A stretch of 64,000 nt of DNA from Octopus sinensis (GCF_006345805.1 NC_043004.1:53258001-53322000); one strand, 5' to 3'. Numbered from the stretch's first letter, positions 13,597 through 25,877 are shown. The notes: a model not told the origin generated them from the letters alone. Numbers and translations: made by a program.

Positions 13597-14858
13597 TATC
13601 GGCTCATTAAGAATGACGTACGATTTTGAACTGAACGTTTATTTTACTTTATCTCAGCAAAAAGCAATGCAGTTAATCAAAGTATACACCTAAATTATCA
13701 ACACAATTTTTCCATTTTATTGGTAGCTTATTTATGCCGGCAGCAAAGAATTCTGGAGAGCAAGAGTGTGATGAAGTCAGGAAAGACTGGTTTTGCATCT
13801 TCTTCAGATTTGAAGCTTTTCCCTGCAAAAAGTTGCAAAAAAATGTCTGGAAAACGTGATAGTGCAAGGTCTGGTTAATATTATGGATAAGAGAGTACTT
13901 CTAAATCCAGTTCCTGTAACCTGAGTAGCGTTCTTTGGGCAACATGTTGTTGAGAATTGTCTTGTAAGAGAATTGGCCTATATCTTTTGACCAATTTCGG
14001 TTGTTTAATAGCAAGTTCACTCATCATTTCATCCAGCTGGTTGATGCATACATACCAGGTCTCATGAAGCTGTAATGGACGACACCAGTGCTGGAACACC
14101 AAACAGACACCATTAGCTTTCTTTGGTGAATAATCCTTTTTGGATTATGTTTTGGAACACCATCTCTATCCAACCACTGCTCAGAACGCTTGTTATTGTT
14201 AAAATGAATCCATATTTCATCACACGTAACAATACAATACATGACTCGCTTTTATGCTGTGACAGCAATGAACAGCAAGTTTCAAGACGACGTGTCATTT
14301 GATGCTCGTTCAATTCGTCTGTTACCCACTTGTCCAGCTTCTTTACCTTGCCGATTTGCTTCAGATGGTTTAATACAGTTGGAATTAAAATATAAAACCT
14401 TGCTACGAACTCACGCGTAGTTTGAGATGTATCCGCTTCCACTGAAGTTTCCGGCTCATTATTATCCAACTTGCTCTCAGGTCTACCACGGGATTGATTT
14501 TCAAGGGTAAAGTCACCAGACCGGAACTTCTCAGACAATCGACATTCAGTGCACTCATTCAACACATCCTCACCAAACAGCTCATTGATTTCTCGAGCTC
14601 TCTGTGACACATTGGTACCACGACGGAACTCATATTCATAAACAACATGAATTTTTATCTATCCATGGGTTCCCAGAAATTGATTTACATGAGAAAACTC
14701 ATAATGTAATCAGACACCATGAATTGCATTTCGAAAAGTGTTGGTTGTAACTCTTCACTGTTGTACAACAAAGAATTGTCAAGATAAAACTTCAGATTTA
14801 ACGACTGTCAAGTTTGGTGCAAAAGGAAATTGGACGTTTCATTCTTAATGACTTGATA
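13597..14858 (-). mobile_element. Mariner DNA transposon (Hsmar1/cecropia-like), full length but decayed
   Basis: Imperfect ~30-bp TIRs with core TCATTAAGAATGA and TA ends. Frameshifted transposase fragments 14113-14610, 14024-14242, 13881-14102 and 13673-13867 (KLDKWV.DEL, CIVTCDE.W, ILLQDN, GINKL..KW..CVD..G.YFD). Confidence 0.92.
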
Positions 14859-15079
14859 GTTCTACATATCGTGATATATCGATTCGCTTAACAATTCTAC
14901 TATAGCAATACACTCAATCAATATTCATTCTATAATTGAAACTTGTAAACGCATATACACCCCACCTCAGGAGAGCTACATGTATCCTATTGCTGTTTCA
15001 CTTTTAACCGAACAATTTTATACACAATACCAGCTGTTATGAGTTAGTATATATATATATATATATCATGATAGATCGT

Positions 15080-15265
15080 TAGCCACTAGTCACATTCTTT
15101 TCTTTCCTTGTTTCTCTCCTTGTTTTTTTTCTGTGTCCCTTTCCGTAGAAGAGCGTAGGCTCGAAACGTAAAATACTTTTTCTATTCCCGAGGGTTATAC
15201 TAATACATCTGTTTGTTTTGGACACCACCTGTCTTCGTCTCATGTTTTTTTCGTAAACTCTCCCT
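15080..15265 (+). mobile_element. PLE-end-like repeat family B with HHR-like core (15140-15173)
   Basis: UUU-CCGUAGA-A-GAGC GUAG GCUC-GAAA-CG-U-A-AAA. Homologous to copies at 22130, 32255, 38460 and 49788. Abuts (TA)n. Confidence 0.7.
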
Positions 15266-15630
15266 ATATATATATATATATATATGAGTTAAATTAAGGT
15301 TTAGGTTTTGACCACAAATATAAAGAGCCCCACCCATATTCATATTAAACGGTTTGTCTTTTTACTCATTTATTTTCTTCCCGACCACATTGTCCTCACT
15401 TTACCAAATGTGTCGGAACTGCATATAACTTGAAGCGAAAATGAAATGTAAATCTGGGAACTTATGAAGCATCTGATGTCAACTAATGAGGAAGTTTTGC
15501 TTTGTGCGTTGCATCTGGTGCTATTACACCGTTCTACACATACGAGGAGGCAAAGCAGAATGAAACCGAATCGAATTTGTACTAATAAATTCTTCCGACT
15601 TCCATATTACTTTCTCCCTCTATACACACA

Positions 15631-15685
<55 letters not shown>

Positions 15686-16198
15686 CACATATATATGTTC
15701 GAAATTTCAAAGTCGAGCTTTTAAGTCAATGGTTATCTGTTTGAGATATTTCAGAGTGCATAGTGTCTCATTTCAGTATAGATTACATGATCGGAATATG
15801 AATTTTTCGGTTATGCATTTCGTATCACTGACGAAGTCATGCTGTATTGCAGATTTTTTTCTATTTGAGGCTCCAGATCAGGTCAGAGAGTGATGAAACA
15901 TTGTGTTTTACAGATGCTCCCAAGTAATGCAATATGGTTTCTCCAGCGACTCTTGAATTTGTCGCTTGTTGTGCCTACATATATGCATAAACATGTGTAC
16001 TCGTTTTGACAAAACAGGTATACAATACTTTTCTAACGAAAACACTCGTCTGCCAGACAACATACTTTCCTATTTCCACAATTATACCTTTTTTCTGTAC
16101 TATTTCCAACTAGGTTATGGCTTCTATTTTTTTTATATATATAGGAATTCTTGTTGTGATTTTAATAAAGCCTGTTCACTTCATCTTCTAATATTAAG

Positions 16199-16236
<38 letters not shown>

Positions 16237-17384
16237 CATACATAACATACATATATACATATATACACATACATACATAACATCATAACATACATATATA
16301 TGTATACATATATATATCCCAAATGTACAGTAGCAGCAGCACCTCCACCAAACTATCAACACTATCGCATTCATATCCAAAATACACCTAGTATCCTCAC
16401 TGTCACCATGAAAATAACAATTTGATCATCTTCATTGCTCTGGTCCAAATACCCAAATGCCCTCACTAACAACGATAGCAACAACAACATCAAAAACAAG
16501 AAGAACCACAACAACTCTAATAATCTAGCCCCAAAACCAGTAACACCACTAAGTAGATAACCCCAATCCTCCTTCCCCCATAGAGATAACGCTCTTAGTG
16601 ATTGATGATATAGCTGCAATGAAGCAGCGAGATATTTTTGATATCGCCTCACTAGTTTTTTCTAGTAGTCTTTCTATGTGATATACGACCAAACTTAATG
16701 GTTTTGCCTCATTAAACACTAATTGAGCACAATTTCACAGAACTACACATTCAAAGAAGATCTACTTGATTTATTCTTAAATCGTTTTCTTCTTGCTTTA
16801 TTTCTTCATTGATTTCTTTCTTTATTCCTTCTCTTTTTTCTTCTCTCATATCTCAGTTCAGTCCTTATGATATTTATATTTCATTCCTCTTTAACTCTCC
16901 CGCCCTCCAATTCTCCCCTCACCCTCTCCCACTACCTCCATTCATTACTCCTCTTTCATTGTGTCTTTCTCTCTTTCACTCTCCTCGTCTCATTACATCC
17001 ACTTATTACTCCTCTTTCCTCCTCTTTCTCTCTCGATTGTAATTTTTCTTTCATGTGGTTTCTTAGTAGTTATAGCTTATTCCATTCGCAGACAATACAT
17101 AGATAGATAGGTAGGTAGGTAGGTAGGTAGGTAGGTAGGTAGTAGTAGTAGCAGTAGTAGTAGTAGCAGTAGTAGCAGTAGTAGTAGTAGTAGTAGTAGT
17201 TGTAGTAGTATCAAAAATAATCATAAATCAATTGTAATTACAGATTTGTTTCTTAAATATATATTGCTTTCGCTATCTCTCTCTCCTATATATCTATATA
17301 TATATATATAAAGTTATTTTGTTGTTCCGGCTGATCCTTTTGTAGTTGTTTTTATTACTCTTGTTATTGTGGTGAATTCCATAT

Positions 17385-17387
17385 TGT

Positions 17388-17425
<38 letters not shown>

Positions 17426-17763
17426 AGAGAACGGTCTTCGTCCCAGAGCTCGCAAGATGGTAGAACTCCGAAACGTGGTCCTTTGCTATTCGTAAGACCT
17501 GCAGAAGAGAAAGCAGGTCAACCCCCGGCACCGAGAGCATCGACGGATGGATGAATGGGCATCCAGGCTCAGCGGCTGCGTAGAAAGTCGGAGACAAGAA
17601 ACAGGAAGAAAGACTGAGAGAATGTTGGAGCGAAAGAGTACAAAACGGAGCGCCGTGGAGCTTTAGGTGTTTTCGCTCAATAAACACACACAACGCCCGG
17701 TCTGGGAATCGCAACCTCCGACCGTGAGTTCGCTGCCCTAATCACTGGGCCATTGCGCCTCCA
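17385..17763 (-). mobile_element. tRNA-derived SINE, family S2 head with a different tail (type b) ending in (CAA/CAG)n
   Basis: Head matches the 12851 copy through CACCTAAAGCTCCACG; the 3' ~150 bp are unrelated. Confidence 0.85.
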
Positions 17764-18282
17764 CCGTTGCTGCTGTTTTCCATAGTGGTGATACTGGTAT
17801 TGTTGAATATGGCTGTATTGTCAGTAGTGAGCTGGTGATTGTGGTGATGTCGTTGGTGGTTGTGGTGATTGTTTGGTGTTGGTGTCTTTTACTTAAGTTT
17901 CTGTTGAATTTGTTTTCCCTATGTGCTGATATTACTGTTGGCGTTGAAGTTTACGATTGTCTTATATATGTCACGATAGTGTTGTTGTTGGTTGGAAGGC
18001 TTGTGTCTCGCTTGATGGCAGTGTCGACACTGGAGATGGCTATAACCCGTTTTTTATCCAGTAAAATGAATCATTGCTCTAAACAATATAGCACAAGTTG
18101 TACAAGAACAACATTCATTAAGTGAAGCCAGATGGACAAAATATTTTAATGATAAGGTAAGGGAAATTTATACTGGTGTTTTGTGGTTTTTACTTTTAGA
18201 TAAATCGTTAATCATTAGGAAGTAATTAGGTTCCAACAGGCATGTATACATACACACACACACATATATATATATATATATC

Positions 18283-18314
<32 letters not shown>

Positions 18315-18598
18315 ATATATTATATATATATATATTAGGGAGTATATCCAAACTTGCAGGGAAAAATTAGTATTAGGATTAAATCAAATTTCACAGTATA
18401 AATATAAATTAATTAGAGATAAAACCACTATTAGATAACTCAAACAGTGATAGGCATAAGCCAAACATAAAAAAACAATAAATACAATTAATATAATATA
18501 TAATATATATATATAGAATAAAATTTTAAATTTTTTTATTTATTTATTTATTTTTTATTTATTTATTTATTATTTATATATATATATATATTATATAT

Positions 18599-18652
<54 letters not shown>

Positions 18653-18664
18653 TATATATATTAT

Positions 18665-18713
<49 letters not shown>

Positions 18714-18714
<1 letters not shown>

Positions 18715-19106
18715 GGTAAGTAGCTTGTTTACCAACCACTTGGTTCCGGGTTCAGTCCAACTGCGTGGCACCTTGGGCAAGTGTCTTCTACTATAGCTTC
18801 GGGCCGACCAAAGCCTTATGAGTGGAATTGGTAGACGGAAACTGAAAGAAGCCTGTCGTATATATGCATATATATATATGTGTGTGTGTGCGTGTGTGTG
18901 TTTGTGTGTCTGTGTTTGTCCCCCTAGCATTGCTTGACAACCGATGCTGGTGTGTTTATGTCCCCGTTACTTAGCGGTTCGGCAAAAGAGACCGATAGAA
19001 TAAGTACTGGGCTTACAAAACAATAAGTCTCGGGTTCGAGTTGCTCGATTAAAGGTGGTGTTCCAGCAGGGCTGCAGTCAAATTACTGAAACAAGTAAAA
19101 GAGTAG
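18714..19106 (+). mobile_element. tRNA-derived SINE, family S1 (5' end clipped)
   Basis: Close match to the full copy at 41948-42356, including the internal TA/TG tract and the CAGCA.GGC.GCAGTC tail. Confidence 0.9.
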
Positions 19107-19685
19107 AAGTGTATATATGTGTGTGTATGTATGTATATATAAATATATATACATATATATATGTATATATATATATATATATATATTATATATTATTAAT
19201 ATATAATATTATAATATATTATATATGTAACAATTTAGGAATGGCCTAACAGGCCATTCGTCCACCAGAAAGAGCAGCCAGAACTCCAACCGCCAAGTAG
19301 TGTAATTCGGAAATAAGGTGAAAATTTAAAAACATTTACCCTAATTCATCTTTTATACGATGCATCGTTTCAGTGTCTTTAATGATAGACCAGCTTAATT
19401 AAATGGCCTGTTTAGGCCATTCCTAAATTGTTACATTTATACATATTTAGTCTTTGACTATTTTCTCTTTTCCATCAGGCCGCTGGTAGCGATAAATTTT
19501 TACTGAATTTTTTGCTACCCTAAATTGATTAATTGATAATTTTCTGACTAATTCTGAGATTGAATCGGCAGTTTATATTTGCTGCCGATAAGTTTGGCGC
19601 GAATGCGTTGGTCTTGAAAATTTTAAGACAGATATTCCCGAGGCTTGATACAGTCGCCTCGTGTATATCCGTCTCTCCCAGGTTT

Positions 19686-19784
19686 CTTTTACTGATGAAG
19701 TGTGACCTATGGTAGACTAGCTTAATTTAATTTAATTAAGCTGGTCTATCATTAAAGACACTGAAACGATGCATCGTATAAAAG
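19686..19784 (+). ncRNA. Type I hammerhead ribozyme, copy 1 (predicted cleavage after 19778)
   Basis: CUUUUA-CUGAUGA-AGUGU...ACACU-GAAA-CGAUGCAUCG-U-A-UAAAAG. Confidence 0.9.
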
Positions 19785-20158
19785 TGAATTAGGGTAAATG
19801 TTTTTAAATTTTCACCTTATTTCCGAATTACACTACTTGGCGGTTGGAGTTCTGGCTGCTCTTTCTGGTGGACGAATGGCCTGTTTAGGCCATTCCTAAA
19901 TTGTTACATTTATACATATTTAGTCTTTGACTATTTTCTCTTTTCCATCAGGCCGCTGGTAGCGATAAATTTTTACTGAATTTTTTGCTACCCTAAATTG
20001 ATTAATTGATAATTTTCTGACTAATTCTGAGATTGAATCGGCAGTTTATATTTGCTGCCGATAAGTTTGGCGCGAATGCGTTGGTCTTGAAAATTTTAAG
20101 ACAGATATTCCCGAGGCATTGATACAGTCGCCTCGTGTATATCCGTCTCTCCCAGGTT

Positions 20159-20258
20159 TCTTTTACTGATGAAGTGTGACCTATGGTAGACTAGCTTATT
20201 TAATTTAATTAAGCTGGTCTATCATTAAAGACACTGAAACGATGCATCGTATAAAAGA
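20159..20258 (+). ncRNA. Type I hammerhead ribozyme, copy 2 (predicted cleavage after 20251)
   Basis: Same core; 7-bp stem I UCUUUUA/UAAAAGA. Confidence 0.92.
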
Positions 20259-20629
20259 TGAATTAGGGTAAATGTTTTTAAATTTTCACCTTATTTCCGA
20301 ATTACACTACTTGGCGGTTGGAGTTCTGGCTGCTCTTTCTGGTGGACGAATGCCTGTTTAGGCCATTCCTAAATTGTTACATTTATACATATTTAGTCTT
20401 TGACTATTTTCTCTTTTCCATCAGCCGCTGGTAGCGATAAATTTTTACTGAATTTTTTGCTACCCTAATTGATTAATTGATAATTTTCTGACTAATTCTG
20501 AGATTGAATCGGCAGTTTATATTTGCTGCCGATAAGTTTGGCGCGAATGCGTTGGTCTTGAAAATTTTAAGACAGATATTCCCGAGGCATTGATACAGTC
20601 GCCTCGTGTATATCCGTCTCTCCCAGGTT

Positions 20630-20729
20630 TCTTTTACTGATGAAGTGTGACCTATGGTAGACTATTAAATTTAATTTAATTAAGCTGGTCTATCATTAAA
20701 GACACTGAAACGATGCATCGTATAAAAGA
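20630..20729 (+). ncRNA. Type I hammerhead ribozyme, copy 3 (predicted cleavage after 20722)
   Basis: Same core; small indels in the distal stem II hairpin. Confidence 0.9.
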
Positions 20730-20946
20730 TGAATTAGGGTAAATGTTTTTAAATTTTCACCTTATTTCCGAATTACACTACTTGGCGGTTGGAGTTCTGG
20801 CTGCTCTTTCTGGTGGACGAATGGCCTGTTTAGGCCATTCCTAAATTGTTATATTTATACATATTTAGTCTTTGACTATTTTCTCTTTTCCATCAGGCCG
20901 CTGGTAGCGATAAATTTTTACTGAATTTTTTGCTACCCTAAATTGA

Positions 20947-21005
<59 letters not shown>

Positions 21006-21010
<5 letters not shown>

Positions 21011-21480
21011 CGTGTACATTAAAACATATTAAGAGGCTTCCATAAGAGTGACTTATTGCAGTAAAAAGAGATTTACTGAGGCCGGTCTTCATCAGCATGT
21101 AGCCTTTAGAATATATATACAAATAATGAGTTTACATGTGGAATCGATCTCGTTGTGTGTATATTTAAAATCTGAAGGCTACCTACTGCTGAAGACTGGC
21201 CTCAGTAAATCTTTTTTTTTTACTGAAATAAGTCAGGAACCATGATCTAGGAACTAAATTAGATAGTAAATGTTTTTAATTTTCATTCCCTTCCAGATAT
21301 TATCCCTAAATAGTGGTTTGAGGTGTTTACTTCTCTTTCTAGCGCAAGGCTTTCCTATTATGGAAGTCTTTTAATATGTCTTAATGTGCATGATATTTTA
21401 TATGAATAATATATAGCCTATTGACTAAATTTATTTTGCGCTGGGCCACTGGTAATAAATATTTCTATAATTCTTATTAC
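21006..21480 (+). mobile_element. Diverged relative of the retrozyme-like unit with nested inverted repeats
   Basis: 21260-21480 aligns by eye to the unit (AATTAG..GTAAATGTTTTTAA.TTTCA; TAG.CT.TTGACTA; GGCC.CTGGTA). IR arms 21049-21110/21171-21235 and 21006-21048/21355-21397. Confidence 0.6.
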
Positions 21481-21530
21481 CTTAATATTATATTATATAT
21501 ATATAGATATATTATAATATATATATATAT

Positions 21531-21740
21531 AGGCAAGGAAAAATTATAAAAAGGCAGAATGCTAAATTGAATGTAAATTTTAATGAAAATGGGTGTATGG
21601 AAAAGAAATTTGTTTTTTTTGTAAATATAAAAAAAAATTTTTTAAATATAAAAATTTTTTTTTAAATTTTCCGTTCACCCATTTTCATTAAAATTTACCT
21701 TCAATTTAGAATTCTGCCTTTTTATAATCTTTCCTTGCCT
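21531..21740. repeat. Inverted repeat, ~73-bp arms with an AT-rich spacer
   Basis: 21531-21603 is the near-perfect reverse complement of 21668-21740. Confidence 0.85.
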
Positions 21741-22129
21741 ATCATCTCACCGAAGCCTATCGTTGGCATCTCACTGAAGTATATGCGCATTGGATTTCGA
21801 GAAACGCATCTATCATTACATCTACACGAAACTAATTATTTGAGTTAAAGAAGGTGAAGGACATACCGTCTTCTATGTTAATAAACGCAAAGCCACCGTA
21901 AAATGCCACTACAATCTCACATACTATAAAAACCCTCCTCATAACCCTCTGCTTGATAAATTTCAATCGGACATTCTAAATATGATAAAGAACGTAAAAT
22001 TGACTAATTTTATATCTGCCTATCAAAGACAACTTTGAAAAATAGTACGAGTTATCGGGAGATGACCCAACATGCACGTCTTCTCTGATAAGAGTGAAAC
22101 TCTACACTCACTTACACACTGTATATACA

Positions 22130-22305
22130 TATATAACGCTTGATCGCTAAATCCACAAGTGTTTATTTAGTCTCTCTCTGTTTATTTTCTCTTATGTATC
22201 GGTGTTGAAACATAAAAAGACTTTCTCACTTTCCCGAGTGTCAAAATATTACACCTGTTTGTTTGTTCATACACCTGTCTTCGTCTTTTGTTTTTCTATA
22301 CATTT
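22130..22305 (+). mobile_element. Family B relic, HHR core largely deleted
   Basis: Shares CTAAATCCACAAGT and CACCTGTCTTCGTCTTTTG with other family B copies. Confidence 0.6.
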
Positions 22306-22336
22306 CAACTAAATATATATATACATATTCACATAT

Positions 22337-22499
22337 GCGCAGGCGCAGCTATGTGGTACGAAGCTTGCTTCCCAATCACATGGTTGAGGTGTGAGGGGTT
22401 TGAGGTGGCACCTTGGGAAAGTTTCTTCTAATGTAGACTTGGGCCGACCAAAGCCTTGTGAGTGGATTTGGTAGACGGGAATGAAAGAAGCACGACGTA

Positions 22500-22500
<1 letters not shown>
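22337..22500 (+). mobile_element. SINE S1, 5' half, diverged
   Basis: GGCACCTTGGG..AGT.TCTTCTA...GGGCCGACCAAAGCCTTGTGAGTGGATTTGGTAGACGG. Confidence 0.85.
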
Positions 22501-22577
<77 letters not shown>

Positions 22578-23601
22578 TCTTTAAAGCAGCAGAAATATAA
22601 CAAAAGCTGTTGCTCGGAGTTTCACGTTCCCGTTCGTCGCTATCAAATGACTAAAATAAATATAAGATTAAAAGAATATCAAATTAACAATAATATCTAT
22701 ATATTTTCGAGTATTTATTCATTTAATAATTATATACAGTGACATCGTTTATGATCTTGGCGCTAGCTTTTCAACGTTTTCCAAACACAATGAATCGAGC
22801 AAAGTTTTTAACCCTAGGCAAATAGTGAGACCTGTTGATGAGGTAAAATCTCAAAATTTAATATCAATATATCCAGGGTTATCTACTTCCTCATTCTAGG
22901 GCTTTCTGTCGAGATGGTAAGTTAATTTCTTCGCTCGTAGCCCGATTTCTGTTGCACCTACTATGATTCCAGTGTTTGGTAGTTTTCTTTGAGGATTTTT
23001 CGACTCTGATTTTCACAACAATCCTAACACCGCGTGTGACATATTATAGTTATAAATAAATTATTGAATTTTGTATTTGCCATTTATCAGCTTTTGCTTG
23101 TTTGGCCACCTGTATTATGGGTGTTATTATTCATTTTACTAAACTTGTGTTTCATTCTTTCTTCCTGTTGCAGCTGGACAAGGAAGACGTATTCTTGTCT
23201 GTCTCCAGTCCAAGGATGTTTCTTCGCGTTCGCCACCACAACCTCGTTTAAGCTTAGAAGCCCTTCCTATTTGTTTTCACTGTCCTGTTGTTATCACCGA
23301 TTTTGCCCCTCCGCAAAATCCCCAATTTTATTTAATTCGCTTTGCGGGAGCAACTGTTTTATCTAAGGCGTATCTTGTCGTGAATTGATCAAAATATGGA
23401 TTAGAAAAACAGCTGACAATTGATGAAGGATCGTTCTTTGTGTTTTGTGTCTTGTTTTCCATTTATTTATTTATTTGTTTGCAAAAAGAGTTATTATTCC
23501 ATGTCCTCGTACTTCGTATTTTTTGTTGTTTACGTTTCGTGACATCCTGTGCCCACATATACATAAGTATATATGTATACATGTAAGTATGTACATATAC
23601 G

Positions 23602-23696
<95 letters not shown>

Positions 23697-24600
23697 TAAT
23701 ATATATATTATATATATAATATATATATATATATATTATTTATATTATATAAATATATAATATATATATTTGAGTGTGTATGAGTTCTGATATTACCTTT
23801 TTACGTATGTAAATGTATACATGTGTTTATCTGAGAGTACATCTGGGTCTTCACAACTACGTTCGAAACTCAGTGAGTTTTTAAGTCTGTATACTTGCTA
23901 TCATACAAAAGTGCCGTAAATTCAAACGTTGCTTTTGCAGAAAGCGAAAAATTTAGTTACACCATTGTAATAGTGTAATAGCAAAACCATTGGACTATAC
24001 TTTGACAATTTTTGATATCTTGGCTCAGATATCTTGACTCAGAGTTTGACCAAAAGTACTGGCTATTGCAAAGCAAAATTAAATTTTGAAAAAAAAACGC
24101 ATTTGGCCAAATTTAGACATATGACAGTTTAACATAACAACGAATTATGTATTTTAGCTCGAGAAGAAAGAGAAAGAGAGAGAGAGAGAGAGGCAGACAG
24201 ACAAAGACAGAAAGAATAAAAGAGAGGAAGTTTGAATTTCCAAGAAAAGTATATAATATTATGTACTACAAGAGAAACGAATTGCTATAAATTAGTTATT
24301 AATAGAATATATTGATGAAACAATAAAATATTCTTTAGTATTATAATAAAAGATACATATTTAGATGTTCCTGGCGATTTATACCGATGCACATAGATAT
24401 ATAATGCTATTATCCGACAGCTAGTGGCACACATCACAAAGATGTATGCCTCCTTTGCCTCTACAGATATCACAGTTCATACGTATGTAGCTGTCAGAAT
24501 ACTGATGACAATGGTGGCCACTGTGCGTGTGTGCGTTTATACATATACACATTCATACATACCTACATACATATATATATATTATATATATATATATACA

Positions 24601-24646
<46 letters not shown>

Positions 24647-25877
24647 GAAATATATATATATTATATATTATATATATATATGTATATATATATATATGTA
24701 TATATATATATGTAATATATATATACTGCACACATACATACACATATTTATCTTTTAATTGTTCCAGTCAATATACTGCGGCTATCCTGTATCATTAATT
24801 TTAATAGCCAAATATTATCAACTTGACCACATGTACATCTGGTAATACACGTACGTAAGTACACGCTACCACGTAACTCCACACGCAGACACATATACAT
24901 ATATATATATATATAACAATTTTAAAAATAATAATAATTATAATATACTTCCGGTTTTCGTAGAGTAAAGACGTGTTGCTTTGCTCTGTGATAAAAAAAC
25001 AAAACGGTTTGCATAAATCGACGAAATAATCGGCGAAGACTCATAAAAAACGTAGAACTTGCTATCTCATAGCGGTGTACTAGGATATATTGGTTAAAAA
25101 TCGCATTATATTTCGCTACAAGCCAAATATAATACACTAAAGTTAATTACGCACGCCAGATTCCCCGTCGAAAAAAGCACTTTTAAAATTTATTTCTAGC
25201 AAAAAGAACCGTTTTTCCTTTCTTTTTTTTGAAAAAAATCTTTTCGTATAGGGAGAAGATTTTGGGACTTCTACCTCTTATAAGATAAGTACCCCTTTTC
25301 ATTTATTTATTTTCCCGTTATTCAATGTAAGGGCCTATTCTCTGTTTACATTCTGTAATAATCTTTCGGTTTCTGTTTTAGCTCCGTTACATCTATTTAT
25401 TTATATATTTATTTGTTACTTTGTTTATATATGTGTATATACATATATACATGAGAAGTATAGTCGCAATTAGTTTAGTTTAGAAGAAATTGTCTGTAGC
25501 TACGGACAGATATATATTCATCTTCTATTTCAGCTTCGTAACCTCCTCTCTTTAATAATTCTTTAATATCTTTTCGGTTTCTGTTTCAGCCCCACTGCAT
25601 CTCTCTAAAATTACTCAATTTGAAATAGGCATATATTTATCTGTTACTTTGTTTATATACATATGTGTGTATGTATGTAAATATATAATTTACATCCTGT
25701 TAATAATCTTTCATCTTCGATTTAAGCATCGTAACTTCCTCTGTTTAATAATTCTTTAATATTCTTTCGGTTTGTGTCTCAGCCCCGTTACATTTCTCTA
25801 AAATTATTCAATTTTAGATTTTACATAGGCATATATTTATTTGTTACTTTGTTTATATATATATATATAGATATATA

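Larger units (their letters stand above)
19225..20950 (+). mobile_element. Retrozyme-like non-coding element: ~3.3 tandem units of 471-474 bp plus an upstream inverted partial unit (19225-19402)
   Basis: Units start at 19403, 19876, 20350 and 20821. Each full unit carries a complete HHR and several hairpins. No ORF in the track lies within a unit. (TA)n on both sides. Confidence 0.9.

Noticed and set aside
15815-15920. CUGACGA...GAAA candidate hammerhead
   Set aside because: Stems I and II need several bulges and there is no second copy to support it; at best a decayed relic.
19403-20950. Regular repeat array considered as CRISPR or plain satellite
   Set aside because: Units are ~472 bp with no unique spacers, there are no cas genes, and the context is eukaryotic. 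The ribozyme and inversion fit a retrozyme better.
24940-25200. CpG-richer patch with CCGGAAGT (minus) as a possible promoter or first exon
   Set aside because: A single short motif with no supporting transcript evidence.
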